Shown piece by piece: positions 9,619 through 19,689 of a stretch of DNA of 64,000 bases; positions within the stretch are counted from its first letter, which is position 1; each line of letters starts with the position of its first letter. The notes under the pieces were generated by a model, which was given only the letters and a program-made list of their open reading frames with translations, was not told the DNA's origin and did not search any database. Source of the DNA: Cenarchaeum sp. (GTDB lineage Archaea > Thermoproteota > Nitrososphaeria > Nitrososphaerales > Nitrosopumilaceae); assembly GCA_963692915.1 (NCBI GenBank), contig OY843584.1, positions 1,280,001 to 1,344,000 on the forward strand, read 5' to 3'. The translations under genes were made by a program, and so were the position numbers.

Positions 9619-10013
9619 GACCACGAGGAGACGTGCTCTATGGATATCTCGATGGCACAGTCGGTTCCGTCAAGCAGCTCGCGCGCGCTCTTCGAGTCGG
9701 CATCCATGTATCTTGAGATGATGCGCCTAGCTATCTCCTTGGCCCTGCCCGGCTCGTCCACAAGTTGTGCGGCGCCAGAGCCGGCAACGCCGCGCACGCC
9801 GGGTGAGCGCACGCCGACGTCAACGCAGAATGCGGCGCGCCTGCTTGCGGCGACGTTCTTTGCCTTTGTTGTGCTCGAGTGCGTCCCTATGCGTATCGTA
9901 TTGCCGTCGAGCTCGTACCAGACTGGAACGACGTGCGGCTCGCCGGCCGAGGATACCGTTGCGAGGCGCATCGTCACACCAGCTCGCAGGAACGCAGCTA
10001 TCTTTTCATCCAT
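9612..10013 (-). CDS. Pyridoxamine 5'-phosphate oxidase-like (probably F420-binding) protein
   Basis: LATVS..GEPHVVPVW and K.KN split-barrel motifs. Confidence 0.85.
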   Translation of the reverse strand: MDEKIAAFLRAGVTMRLATVSSAGEPHVVPVWYELDGNTIRIGTHSSTTKAKNVAASRRAAFCVDVGVRSPGVRGVAGSGAAQLVDEPGRAKEIARRIISRYMDADSKSARELLDGTDCAIEISIEHVSSWSY

Positions 10014-10228
10014 CGCCTGCGAACCCCATAGATTGCGAGTGCTGCGCCAAAGGCGGCCATTGCAGCAGACACCTTTTCGTTTGTCAGCTCGCCATTGACA
10101 AGATAGTCATAAAAGAACTCTGGCCCCACCAGGACTAGCTGGCGGGCGAAGACGATGCCTGCTGAGACGATAAAGAGAATTCCCATGGCGACGTGCCAGG
10201 TCATGCGGGTATGTTCGCCGTCGCGCAT
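9998..10228 (-). CDS. Small membrane protein
   Basis: Two TM helices, in operon between npdG and the PPOX-like gene. Confidence 0.6.
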   Translation of the reverse strand: MRDGEHTRMTWHVAMGILFIVSAGIVFARQLVLVGPEFFYDYLVNGELTNEKVSAAMAAFGAALAIYGVRRRWMKR

Positions 10229-10234
10229 TCTCGC

Positions 10235-10909
10235 TCAGACGAGCTTTATTCCAGGACTCTTTAGCTTGTTGCGGATCATTGCGTTGAGGAGAAGCGGTGT
10301 GGCAACTTCGGCCATGTACGCAAGACTGCCGCCGCCGAGGCGCAACGCGCGAAGACCCTCAATGTCCGAGACGAGCGAGCAGACCGCATCAACGCACTCT
10401 GCAGAATCACCGCACACGAATATGTCATAGTCAAGCGCGCGCGCGGGGTCGGCGAGCTTTTTCTCGGATATGACATGAAACGCCGAGACAAGCCTAGTTG
10501 CATCACGCATATGGGCTGCGACTGACTCGTGTGCAGTCTTTTTGCGGTCGCGAAACGGCACAAACTCAAATCCGACATCTGTCTTTTCCATCGGCACGAT
10601 AGGCGATATGACGATGCAAGAGTCGCGCGTGAGGGGAAGGAGGCTCGAGCACACGGCATCAATGTTCTCGTATGGTATCGAGAGGACGAGCGCGTCGGCG
10701 GCGGCTGCGACATCCTCATTGGACGCCCCAGAGATATTGGCCGCTGCCTGCGAGCCCACTGCGTCTCCGGCGATCGTCGCATACTCGGAGGCCGACGCGC
10801 TAGCCCGCTCGGCGTCGCGTGACCCTATGATGACCTCGTGGTGCGCGGCCCACCGGAGCGCAAATCCCCGGCCCATCGCGCCGGTTCCGCCGATAATTCC
10901 AATCTTCAC
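10235..10909 (-). CDS. npdG: NADPH-dependent F420 reductase
   Basis: KIGIIGGTGAMG, IGSR, SAFH, CGDS. GTG start at 10909. Confidence 0.88.
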   Translation of the reverse strand: MKIGIIGGTGAMGRGFALRWAAHHEVIIGSRDAERASASASEYATIAGDAVGSQAAANISGASNEDVAAAADALVLSIPYENIDAVCSSLLPLTRDSCIVISPIVPMEKTDVGFEFVPFRDRKKTAHESVAAHMRDATRLVSAFHVISEKKLADPARALDYDIFVCGDSAECVDAVCSLVSDIEGLRALRLGGGSLAYMAEVATPLLLNAMIRNKLKSPGIKLV

Positions 10910-10966
10910 GGTGCGGCAAGCGATAATCTTATTATTATCTCTAGCGGGCAGGCGAGGTAAGTCCCA

Positions 10967-11590
10967 ATGGCATCTATCGTCTTTATGCGCCACGGGCAGG
11001 CCGAGAACAACACAAAACGCGTGCTCGCAGGGCGCACTGGAGGAGTCAAGCTCACAGAGCTCGGAAGGAGGCAGGCCGAGGGCGCTTCGCGCCTAGTCGA
11101 GGAGATGGGCATCGGCGCGATATACTGCAGTCCGATCGAGCGAGCCCTCCACACCGCCGAGATCGCCGGCGGACGGGCCGGCATACAGCCCACCGTCGAT
11201 GAGCGCCTCACGGAGCTGGAGATGGGCCAGTTCACCGGCATGCGCTATGACGAGATAGCCTCGCTCCACGGAAACGTCTTTTTCAAGTTCTACAGCGGCG
11301 ACGTCGAGATAGCGCGTAGTGGTGTCGAGACCTTTGAGAGCGTCCGCGAGCGCGTGCGCTCGGTCGCCGCCGACGTTGCCGCAAGGCATCCGGACACCGG
11401 CGTCCTCCTCGTGACCCACATGGACCCAATAAAGGCGATGCTTGCTGACACGATGGGCCTGTCTGCGGAACTCCTCACCAAGATGATCATCGCCAACGCG
11501 TCGATGACCGTGTTTGGCCGGGGCACGGACTCGCTTTATGCGCGCGCCGTCAATGTCGTCGAGCCTGCGCGCTATGCGCAGGACTGGTAG
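10967..11590 (+). CDS. Histidine phosphatase (phosphoglycerate mutase-like) family protein
   Basis: RHG motif, SPIERA, VTH. Confidence 0.9.
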   Translation: MASIVFMRHGQAENNTKRVLAGRTGGVKLTELGRRQAEGASRLVEEMGIGAIYCSPIERALHTAEIAGGRAGIQPTVDERLTELEMGQFTGMRYDEIASLHGNVFFKFYSGDVEIARSGVETFESVRERVRSVAADVAARHPDTGVLLVTHMDPIKAMLADTMGLSAELLTKMIIANASMTVFGRGTDSLYARAVNVVEPARYAQDW

Positions 11591-12314
11591 GATCAGGATC
11601 GTCCCCGAGTGCGGCCTCGCCAATCTCGCACATTTGCCGAACCGTGCGAGTCACCTTTTCGCTTGCCATCTCGCGCATCCACGGGCCTGCATCACGGACT
11701 GTTGGAACGCACACGTGCGCGTCTGCGACGAGTATGACGAGGGACTCGGGAATGTCGCCCATGGTCTCTGACCACATGTGCGCATATGCTGCAGCCTGGA
11801 GAAATGCGTCAGGGTGTGCCGGCGCAGTGCCTGCGTTGCGCGGTGGCCTTGCAGGGGCGGTGACGGATCTGCGCGTCTTGTGATCGATTACTGCGAGCTT
11901 GCCATCCCAGAACGCGATTAGATCCACGGTTCCGCCAATCCGGCGAGCCACGCTCACGAGATTCTGCTCGACGGCCTGCACGTCAGCAGCAGAACGGTCC
12001 AGCTCGCGCGCAATGTTTCTTGCAATGTGTGTGGCCTCTGGCGGATCGCCGTCGTGTGGCACCATCTCTGCGCCGCGCGCGTGCTCGGCGACCATCCGGT
12101 GGGTCGCATTGCCGACGCTGATCCTCGCCTTGTCAGGTGCGCGCCGGTGCGCAGTGAACGTGCGCCGTGCGGAGTCGATGCAGAGTCGGCCGGTGAGGGC
12201 ATCGATGAGCGTGCGAACCGTGACGAGGAGGCGCGCATCAGGATCGCGATAAAACCGCGCATCGCCGACATAGGCCATCGTGTGGCCTGCCAGGCCCTCA
12301 ACGCTCTCACTCAT
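11550..12314 (-). CDS. PD-(D/E)XK nuclease family protein (exonuclease/Cas4-like fold, no Fe-S cysteines)
   Basis: GNATH, E, GTVD, IDHKT, QAAAY. Confidence 0.75.
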   Translation of the reverse strand: MSESVEGLAGHTMAYVGDARFYRDPDARLLVTVRTLIDALTGRLCIDSARRTFTAHRRAPDKARISVGNATHRMVAEHARGAEMVPHDGDPPEATHIARNIARELDRSAADVQAVEQNLVSVARRIGGTVDLIAFWDGKLAVIDHKTRRSVTAPARPPRNAGTAPAHPDAFLQAAAYAHMWSETMGDIPESLVILVADAHVCVPTVRDAGPWMREMASEKVTRTVRQMCEIGEAALGDDPDPTSPAHSAQARRH

Positions 12315-12443
12315 GGCAGGGCGTGTTGCAGGGGGGTCGGTTATGTGTTGCGGGGACGTGCGGCCGGTCTCCGGCCGCATGGCCTGCTAGGAAAAATAGG
12401 AAAGGGCTTTGAGCCTATTCGTTGACGTATGCGCGCTCGCCGT
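12262..12443. repeat. ~182-bp direct repeat, copy 1
   Basis: tcgccgacataggcc...ctattcgttgacgtatgcgcgctcgccgt recurs at 12936..13118 with scattered mismatches. Confidence 0.92.
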
Positions 12444-12533
12444 CAACGTCGTAGAGCCTCGCGTCGTAGACAAGAGCAGCAGCATCCCCTATGATTTCAT
12501 GATCTCATGAGCTGTTATTGACGCACAATAAAG

Positions 12534-12803
12534 TTAGTTGGTCGGATTAACGTCATCTTTGCGCCAATACTTGCCACGGCAAATTGGACAAGCTTTAGAC
12601 GTAGCTAATCTCATTAATGGAAATACTAGAATGGCCAATAGAAAAACCCAGAGGCTAAACCCGCTCAAAATACTCATAGAGAACAGCATGTTAGTAGCAA
12701 TCGCCAGAATAACAATAGTAAGAAACACACCGCCTATTTTTTGTCCTGTCGAAAAATACTTTTGAGGAGCCACGTCTTGCTTGCAATTGTTACAGTATTT
12801 CAT
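12534..12803 (-). CDS. Small CxxC-TM-TM-CxxC protein (LITAF-like zinc ribbon)
   Basis: MKYCNNC...hydrophobic hairpin...CPIC, in AT-rich DNA. Confidence 0.7.
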   Translation of the reverse strand: MKYCNNCKQDVAPQKYFSTGQKIGGVFLTIVILAIATNMLFSMSILSGFSLWVFLLAILVFPLMRLATSKACPICRGKYWRKDDVNPTN

Positions 12804-12935
12804 AAGTCAGAGCCCTTAGCGATGGTCAATAGAGGTGGCGTTTTAAGGATATTCTTTAATCATGGCAAGTCACACACTATTGACAAGGAAATGCGAGATC
12901 TCTTGATGCTTTTACGATGTAGTGCATATGCCAAC

Positions 12936-13118
12936 TCGCCGACATAGGCCATCGTGTGGCCTGCCAGGCCCTCGACGCTCTCACTCATGGCAGGGCATGC
13001 CGCCAGGGGGCAGGTTATGTGTTGCGGGGACGTGCGGCCGGTCTCCGGCCGCATGGCCTGTTAGGAAAAATAGGAAAAGGATTTTGAGCCTATTCGTTGA
13101 CGTATGCGCGCTCGCCGT
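12936..13118. repeat. ~182-bp direct repeat, copy 2 (includes the last codons of amt)
   Basis: Matches 12262..12443. Confidence 0.92.
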
Positions 13119-14655
13119 GCTGTGCAAGGTCGAGGCCGAGCTCCTCCTCTTTTGGAGTGACTCGAATCCCGCCAGGCCAGACTGCATCCATGATCTTTAG
13201 GATCACGATTGTGACGCCAAAGGCATACGCGATCGAGATGGCAGCGCCGATTATGCTAATCGCCTGCTGTTCCATCCCTTCGGGAGTGCCCGTCCATGCG
13301 CCTATTCCGTCACCGGTATCCCAGATATGTGGACTTGCAAGTGTTCCTGTCAGTATTGCGCCAGTCAGGCCGCCCATTCCATGGACACCCCAGACATCAA
13401 GTGCGTCGTCCCACTTGCGTGCATTCTTGAAGGAGATGCATGCATAGCAGATGGTACCTGCCGCGATCCCGATGATTATCGAGGCCATCGGGCCAACCCA
13501 GCCAGAGGCCGGGGTGATTGCGACGAGTCCCGCGACTGCGCCTGTTGCTGCGCCGACTATGCTAGGCTTGCCGGTGTGTGCCCACGACATGAGGACCCAC
13601 GTCACTGCTGCAACGCCGGTGGCGGTGTTTGTCACCACCCACGCGCTAACCGTGATTCCGTCCACCATGACCTCGCTGCCGGCGTTAAAGCCAAACCAGC
13701 CAAACCATAGAATCGAGGCTCCTAGGACGACCATCGGGATGTTGTGGGGCTCCATTGGAACCTTGCCAAACCCGAGTCTTCGTCCCAGTATTATTGCTCC
13801 AGCCAAAGCCGAAAAGCCCGACGATATGTGGACAACGGTGCCGCCTGCAAAGTCAAGTGCGTAGCTTGGGGAGAGTTCTGGATTTAGGTCCAGCGATCCG
13901 CCGCCGATATATCCGCCGCCCCATACCCAGTGGGCAATGGGGTCATAGACGAATGTCCCCCAGAGGAGGACAAATATCACCAGCGCGCTGAACTTTATGC
14001 GGTCGATCAGTCCACCAACAATTAGTGCCGGCGTTATGATCGCAAAGGTTCCCTGGAATGCAGCGAATAGCTGGTGCGGGATTGTCCCTGGCCAACTTAC
14101 ACTGCATACCTCGCCTTCCTTGAACTCCTGCATCTGGTACGCGTACGACCAAGTGTCCTCACATGGCCCCGCCTCGCCAATTGGCGCATAGGGTGAGACC
14201 ATATTCAGTCCAACATAATCGAGGCTTCCCATGAACAGGTTTGCGTCGCTGCCTTCCGGTATCGGCCCAAAGGCCAACGAGTACCCAAAGGCAACCCACT
14301 GGAACGCCATGAGACCCATTATTACAAAGGTCATTCCGATGACGTTTACAGCGTTCTTTGATCGTGCGAGGCCGCCATAGAAGAAGGCAACTCCGGGCGT
14401 CATAAAGAGAACCATCGAGGATGCAGTCAGCATCCAGGCGGTGTCACCGGTGTCGATCTTGCATGGCAGCATTGAGCCATCCTCCTCGTACCAGCACTCG
14501 TTTTCGTTGCCCGTGTAGATGCCGCTAGTTCCCATGACATAGCCGTCCATTCCGTCCGTGACTTGCTGCGCATATGCCTGACCCATGGCCGCCGTCGCCG
14601 TTAGGGCGACTGCTGCCACGAGCAGTATCGCATACTTGCGGTTGTGTGTAGTCAT
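13090..14655 (-). CDS. amt: Ammonium transporter
   Basis: DFAGGTVVH, WFGWFGFNAGS, DDALDVWGVHG and an N-terminal extension. Confidence 0.97.
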   Translation of the reverse strand: MTTHNRKYAILLVAAVALTATAAMGQAYAQQVTDGMDGYVMGTSGIYTGNENECWYEEDGSMLPCKIDTGDTAWMLTASSMVLFMTPGVAFFYGGLARSKNAVNVIGMTFVIMGLMAFQWVAFGYSLAFGPIPEGSDANLFMGSLDYVGLNMVSPYAPIGEAGPCEDTWSYAYQMQEFKEGEVCSVSWPGTIPHQLFAAFQGTFAIITPALIVGGLIDRIKFSALVIFVLLWGTFVYDPIAHWVWGGGYIGGGSLDLNPELSPSYALDFAGGTVVHISSGFSALAGAIILGRRLGFGKVPMEPHNIPMVVLGASILWFGWFGFNAGSEVMVDGITVSAWVVTNTATGVAAVTWVLMSWAHTGKPSIVGAATGAVAGLVAITPASGWVGPMASIIIGIAAGTICYACISFKNARKWDDALDVWGVHGMGGLTGAILTGTLASPHIWDTGDGIGAWTGTPEGMEQQAISIIGAAISIAYAFGVTIVILKIMDAVWPGGIRVTPKEEELGLDLAQHGERAYVNE

Positions 14656-14754
14656 TGCCTCGTTAAGATGGCGATATTTATTTAAGCATTGGTCAATTTT
14701 ATGGCCATTTTTAGAAAATAATTATATTCTAGTGGATTGTGATACTATGACATC

Positions 14755-15462
14755 ATGGCAGGCACGAGGCGCGGGGGGAGCCCACGGGGGCACCTCTCCG
14801 TGCTAGACGAGTTCAAGACGCGGCGGGGCAAGCCCACGGGGACGGCCCTCAGGCAGAGGGCGATCCTCGGCGCGCTTGCCGCAGGCGGCGAGCCAGCCGA
14901 GAGGACCCGGACCGGCATAGCGCAGCGCGTCACTGACGGGGGCAGCGCGAGGTGGAAGAACGTCTACTCGGGGGTGTTTCAGGACATCGACGGTGCCCTC
15001 ATCCCCCTGGGCCTCGTCGAGGAGGCCGGACGCATCCCGCCACGCCGTGGGCCACGAGCCCTCCTCGAGAGCGGCATACCATACTATCACGTAACGCGGG
15101 CCGGCGCGCTAGTTGCGCTGGCCTTTGGCGATGACGAGGGCCTCAAGGAGCGCGTCGCGGCGTTCTTTGCCGAGTCTGGCGGCGAGGAGGCGCGCATCGG
15201 GCGTGCCTTTACAATCCTGGCAGAGTTTGCGCCGCGCCTTGCGCGCGCTATCCTTATCGGACACGTCAAAGAGTTCTGTGAGGGTCGTCAGCGCCGGCTT
15301 GTTCCCGTAACGACTGAAAAGCTTGGTGCGGCCGCCGGTGCAGAGACGCGCGCAAGCGCAGAGTTTCTCTCTGGCGCACTCGAGCTCGATGATGATGCGC
15401 GCACAAGGGTCATCGCGCTATTGCGCACAATATCTGGCGCAGAACCTGCTACGCACACATAG
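14755..15462 (+). CDS. Hypothetical protein, possibly a winged-helix regulator, divergent from amt
   Basis: Long ORF after an AT-rich divergent promoter, with a wHTH-like 'LGLVEE...YYHVT..G' pattern. Function is inferred. Confidence 0.6.
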   Translation: MAGTRRGGSPRGHLSVLDEFKTRRGKPTGTALRQRAILGALAAGGEPAERTRTGIAQRVTDGGSARWKNVYSGVFQDIDGALIPLGLVEEAGRIPPRRGPRALLESGIPYYHVTRAGALVALAFGDDEGLKERVAAFFAESGGEEARIGRAFTILAEFAPRLARAILIGHVKEFCEGRQRRLVPVTTEKLGAAAGAETRASAEFLSGALELDDDARTRVIALLRTISGAEPATHT

Positions 15463-15517
15463 GTGCACATTGATATTGGCAATGCAATTCCTGTAAAGCT
15501 AGCGTAGACAGCGTTCC

Positions 15518-16423
15518 TTAACGCAGCGCGTCTGCGAGCAGGCCTGACACGTCTACTGCAGCAGCTGATCCTGGAATTGTGTTTGTCGCGACGACTTTTG
15601 ATATTCCGGCGCGCCTCATGTGCGAGCGCGCCGTGCCGATAAGTAGCGCGTGCGTGCATGCGGCATAGACGTGCGCGCAACCAGATGATCGTAGGAACTC
15701 GGCGGCCTGCGATATGCTGCCTCCCGTGCTTATCATGTCATCAACTAGTATGACGTCACGGCCAGATACTCCATCGGCGCGGCGCGTCGTGATCTTTACC
15801 TTGCCCGTACGGCGGTCGCGCTTTTTGGAGAGTGCGATCATGCTACAGCCAAGCTCACGCGCAAAGAGCGCTGCCCTCTGCTCTCCGCCGGCATCAGGTG
15901 AGACTACGAGCCTGTCGCGCATGCGCATCGACGCAAAGTGTGCAGCAAGTGCCGGCGCTGCCGGCACACTCAGCGCGCGAATCCCAAAGTGCGAGCGTGC
16001 CACCTCGCTGTGCAAGTCGACGGTGAGGAGTCCGGCCGCGCCGGCGGCTCGCAAGAGGCGCGCGATCTCTTTCATCGTGACTAGCTCGCCGGAGAGAAAC
16101 GCGCGATCCTGGCGCGCATAGCCCATGTAGGGCACGACTGCTATCGTGCGGCGCGCCGAGGAGGCAGCAGCCGACACGAGGGTCAGCGCATGGAGGAGGT
16201 TTGTGTCAACGGGCGGGTGCGTCGACTGGACGACGATCGCAGTCGAGCCCCGCGGGATCGCACCGCGCAGCGTTAGTCTCGACTCGCCATCAGAGAACGT
16301 GCGAACCGTCGTGCCAACGTATGTTGCGCGCAGCCTGCGCGCGATACGCCGCGCGAGCTCGGAGGATGCTGGCCCGCCTATCACCGTGCGTGGTTCTGTT
16401 GTGCGCAGCGAGTCGCGCCTCAC
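15518..16423 (-). CDS. prs: Ribose-phosphate pyrophosphokinase
   Basis: FSDGE, PYMGYARQDR, DLH, SPDAGG, VDDMISTGGS. Confidence 0.95.
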   Translation of the reverse strand: MRRDSLRTTEPRTVIGGPASSELARRIARRLRATYVGTTVRTFSDGESRLTLRGAIPRGSTAIVVQSTHPPVDTNLLHALTLVSAAASSARRTIAVVPYMGYARQDRAFLSGELVTMKEIARLLRAAGAAGLLTVDLHSEVARSHFGIRALSVPAAPALAAHFASMRMRDRLVVSPDAGGEQRAALFARELGCSMIALSKKRDRRTGKVKITTRRADGVSGRDVILVDDMISTGGSISQAAEFLRSSGCAHVYAACTHALLIGTARSHMRRAGISKVVATNTIPGSAAAVDVSGLLADALR

Positions 16424-18156
16424 TCCTCGCCACCGCCGCGCGAGATGTCGCCGATCCCGTACTCGTCGACTACGGCATTGCGGCTCTTGTCAAGCGAGGC
16501 GATCTCGCCGGCCTCGCGGCGCTCGTCACCATTATAGACGGTCCGTATCGGCCACGGTATCCGTATGTCATATTTCTTGAACTCCTCGTGCATGAACACC
16601 CTCATGTCCGTCTTTGCCTTGAACTGTGAGCCATAGTCGCGCACATAGACCCACATGGCAAAGTCAAGGGATGAGTCGTTGAACTTTGTAAAGCGCACGA
16701 CGGGCTGGTCAATGCTGACGTGGAGGTCGCGATCGCAGCCGCAGCTCGGGCGGTTTACCAGGATGTATGGGCACTTTTTCTGCCTGATGAGGTGCCGCCC
16801 GCGCTCGTCGACGCACTCGACCATTGCGCGCCGGCCCACCTTTACCAGGATCGCCGAGACCTGGCGGGGGTCGTTGAGGTACGACACGCCAACCTCGACG
16901 GTCGCCGGAACGAGCATCGTTTCGCGCGAATAGTTGACTAGCTGCGAGCTGACTAGCTGCCTAGTGGGCACTATGGCGATCGACTCATAGAGCGCATGGC
17001 GCACGTACGTCACGCGCGGCGTGATGCGGTGTATGTAGCCCTCATAGCCGCTCTCGAGCTTTACCCTGTCGCCCTCGACCATTATGCGATCCTTGCGGAT
17101 AAACATGTACGCAAACCAGTTCTGCATCGTCTCCTGCAGCGCAAGGCCAACGCCCACGGCCATGCCGCCTGTCGCAGTCGCCAGAACCCAGAGGTCGACG
17201 CCCCACCAGCTCACAAGGCCAAGTGAGACGCCACCAATTAGCGCAACTCGCAAGAGGCGTGTTGCAGACCTTGGGACGTCCTTGCGTTTTTTTCTTGCGT
17301 GACCCGGCGGCCGCGCGCCGGCGAGAATCGGCACGTATCCCGTGTTGCGCCTTTCTTCTCGCCACGTGTCTATCGCATAAACCTCCTCGTCACGCCGGCC
17401 AAGGCGCAGGCGCTTGCCAGACTCGTTGGTTCCGTCAAGGCACGATGACAGGTATGCGCTGTACTTGGTGCGCTCCATTGCGCGCCATTTCGCAAACGCG
17501 TCATCTACTAGTGACTCGTGGCTTCCGACCTCGGTGCCCTTTTCTGTCCTGTATGACTCGAGGCGTGCCCTGCCGGCATCAGTCTTCATGAGCTCGTCGA
17601 ACTCGGATTCGTCCATGCCCTCAGGCGCATGCTTTGGCGGAACCCACCTAAAGAGCGAATGGAACGCGTCGGCATCATCGTCGGGAAACCCGCGCATGTC
17701 ACGCCATTGCACATAGTCGATCTCTTCCTCAGATGCCTTTTGGCGCTGCATGATAACGATCGGAATTAGCGTGGCTATCGTGTACCCTATGACGAATATG
17801 TTTATCGTGTTGAGCATCTTTGCAAACGTCTCGCGCGGTGAGGACTCATCGGCCTGCGCGTCACCAAAAAGCGCAAATGACTGCGAGTACGCGTTGACCG
17901 AGGAGACTAGCGCGATGGCAAATATCGGCAGGACCGCGACTCGCACAAAGCGCGCAAGGTGCGGTCGGACGTACGTGAAACGGCGCGAGCGCGTCCACGA
18001 CGACAGGCTGCGATACGCCATGCCTATGGCGACTAGACCCACGACGAGGGCGACGAGGGCCGCCTGGAGCGACGGCGAGGCCGAGACAAGCTGCGTGACT
18101 GACTCGATCTGGCCGGCCTGCGCGACGACTGCGTCGATTATCTCGTGCTCGGTCAT
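16420..18156 (-). CDS. MscS-family mechanosensitive channel with N-terminal TM region
   Basis: GLALQETMQNW, GDRV, VGVSY, FNDSSLDF, IRIPWP. Start estimated. Confidence 0.88.
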   Translation of the reverse strand: MTEHEIIDAVVAQAGQIESVTQLVSASPSLQAALVALVVGLVAIGMAYRSLSSWTRSRRFTYVRPHLARFVRVAVLPIFAIALVSSVNAYSQSFALFGDAQADESSPRETFAKMLNTINIFVIGYTIATLIPIVIMQRQKASEEEIDYVQWRDMRGFPDDDADAFHSLFRWVPPKHAPEGMDESEFDELMKTDAGRARLESYRTEKGTEVGSHESLVDDAFAKWRAMERTKYSAYLSSCLDGTNESGKRLRLGRRDEEVYAIDTWREERRNTGYVPILAGARPPGHARKKRKDVPRSATRLLRVALIGGVSLGLVSWWGVDLWVLATATGGMAVGVGLALQETMQNWFAYMFIRKDRIMVEGDRVKLESGYEGYIHRITPRVTYVRHALYESIAIVPTRQLVSSQLVNYSRETMLVPATVEVGVSYLNDPRQVSAILVKVGRRAMVECVDERGRHLIRQKKCPYILVNRPSCGCDRDLHVSIDQPVVRFTKFNDSSLDFAMWVYVRDYGSQFKAKTDMRVFMHEEFKKYDIRIPWPIRTVYNGDERREAGEIASLDKSRNAVVDEYGIGDISRGGGEE

Positions 18157-18275
18157 GCGTGCGCGCGGGCGTGCCATGTCGGTATAAGGTTTTTTGCGGC
18201 CTCGCGCCGGATCCCGCGCCCATGCGTGCGCAGAGCCCAACATTTAACACGCCCACCCCGCAAACGCCTGTCCAC

Positions 18276-19613
18276 ATGTCAGTGCAGGAGTGGGAGTGGG
18301 GGACGAGCCCGAGGCTGGCCTCGTACACGCTGGCCAACGTGAGGAAACTCGATCAGGCACGCGCCCTCGGCGAGGACCGCCTCGCCGAGATGGACGTCGT
18401 CGCGCACGTCCTGCCCTTCAAGGCCAACAACTATGTCGTTGACAATCTGATCGACTGGTCACGCGCCGAGTCTGACCCAATGTTCGTCCTCACGTTTCCG
18501 CAGCGCGGAATGCTCAGTGAGGCCAACTATGCCGAGATGGCCGCAGCACTTGAGACCGGCGACAAGAAGCACATAGACGAGACGGCCAACACGATAAGAC
18601 TTCGCCTAAACCCGCACCCCGCCGGCCAGATGGAGCTCAACGTGCCGCACCTGGCAGACGGAACCGCGCTCCACGGCATGCAGCACAAGTACCGCGAGAC
18701 GTGCCTCTTTTTCCCGAGCCAGAGCCAGACGTGCCACGCATACTGTAGCTTTTGCTTTAGATGGCCTCAGTTTGTCGGCATGGAAGGCCTAAAGTTTGCG
18801 ATGCACGAGTCCGAGCAGCTCGTGCAATATTTGCGCGAGCATCCCGAGATAACTGACGTCCTGTTCACAGGCGGTGACCCCATGATAATGCGCGCCGGCG
18901 TGTTTGCGACATATGTCAACGCGCTCCTCGAGGCAAAAATCCCGACACTAAATACCATACGAATCGGCACAAAGGCGCTCTCGTACTGGCCGTACAAGTT
19001 TCTCACTGACGAGGACGCCGGAGACATGCTCGAGCTCTTTGGCAGCATAACGAGGGCCGGAATCCACCTCTCCATAATGGCCCACTTTAACCACCTTGTG
19101 GAGATGCGCACGCGCGCGGCGACTGAGGCGATCGCGCGCATACGCGCAACTGGCGCGCAGATAAGGACACAGTCACCGCTCCTCGCGCACATTAACGATG
19201 ACGGCGACATGTGGGCGAAAATGTGGACAGAGCAGGTTCGTCGCGGATGCATTCCATACTATATGTTCGTCGTGCGCGACACGGGCGCGCAGCACTACTT
19301 TGGCGTGCCCCTCGTGCGCGCGCACGAGATATTCACGCGCGCATACACGCAGGTCAGCGGCCTCGCGAGAACCGTGAGGGGTCCGAGCATGTCAGCTACG
19401 CCGGGCAAGGTCACAGTCGACGGGACAGTCGAGGTGGGTGGCCGGCGCGCCATCGCGCTGCGCTTTTTGCAGGCGCGCGATCCCTCGTGGGCAGGCAGGC
19501 CGTTCTATGCCGAGTACGACGCCGGCGCGGCCTGGCTTGATGACCTAAAGCCCCTAGACGGCGGCGAGTTCTTTTTCGAGGCTCGCCTGAAAGAGATGCG
19601 CGCGGCCCGCTAG
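18276..19613 (+). CDS. KamA-family radical SAM protein (lysine 2,3-aminomutase-like)
   Basis: HKY, CHAYCSFCFR (CxxxCxxC), TGGDP, RIGT, QSPLL, PYYMF. Confidence 0.88.
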   Translation: MSVQEWEWGTSPRLASYTLANVRKLDQARALGEDRLAEMDVVAHVLPFKANNYVVDNLIDWSRAESDPMFVLTFPQRGMLSEANYAEMAAALETGDKKHIDETANTIRLRLNPHPAGQMELNVPHLADGTALHGMQHKYRETCLFFPSQSQTCHAYCSFCFRWPQFVGMEGLKFAMHESEQLVQYLREHPEITDVLFTGGDPMIMRAGVFATYVNALLEAKIPTLNTIRIGTKALSYWPYKFLTDEDAGDMLELFGSITRAGIHLSIMAHFNHLVEMRTRAATEAIARIRATGAQIRTQSPLLAHINDDGDMWAKMWTEQVRRGCIPYYMFVVRDTGAQHYFGVPLVRAHEIFTRAYTQVSGLARTVRGPSMSATPGKVTVDGTVEVGGRRAIALRFLQARDPSWAGRPFYAEYDAGAAWLDDLKPLDGGEFFFEARLKEMRAAR

Positions 19614-19689
19614 TCAGCACCATTTGCCAATATGGGCAAAACTAGCTTACCAATGCGCCGTATATGCGCCACGCAGCAGCACGTGCGCC

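Noticed and set aside
11550-12314. PD-(D/E)XK gene as CRISPR Cas4
   Set aside because: It lacks the Fe-S cysteine cluster and has no cas or CRISPR context.
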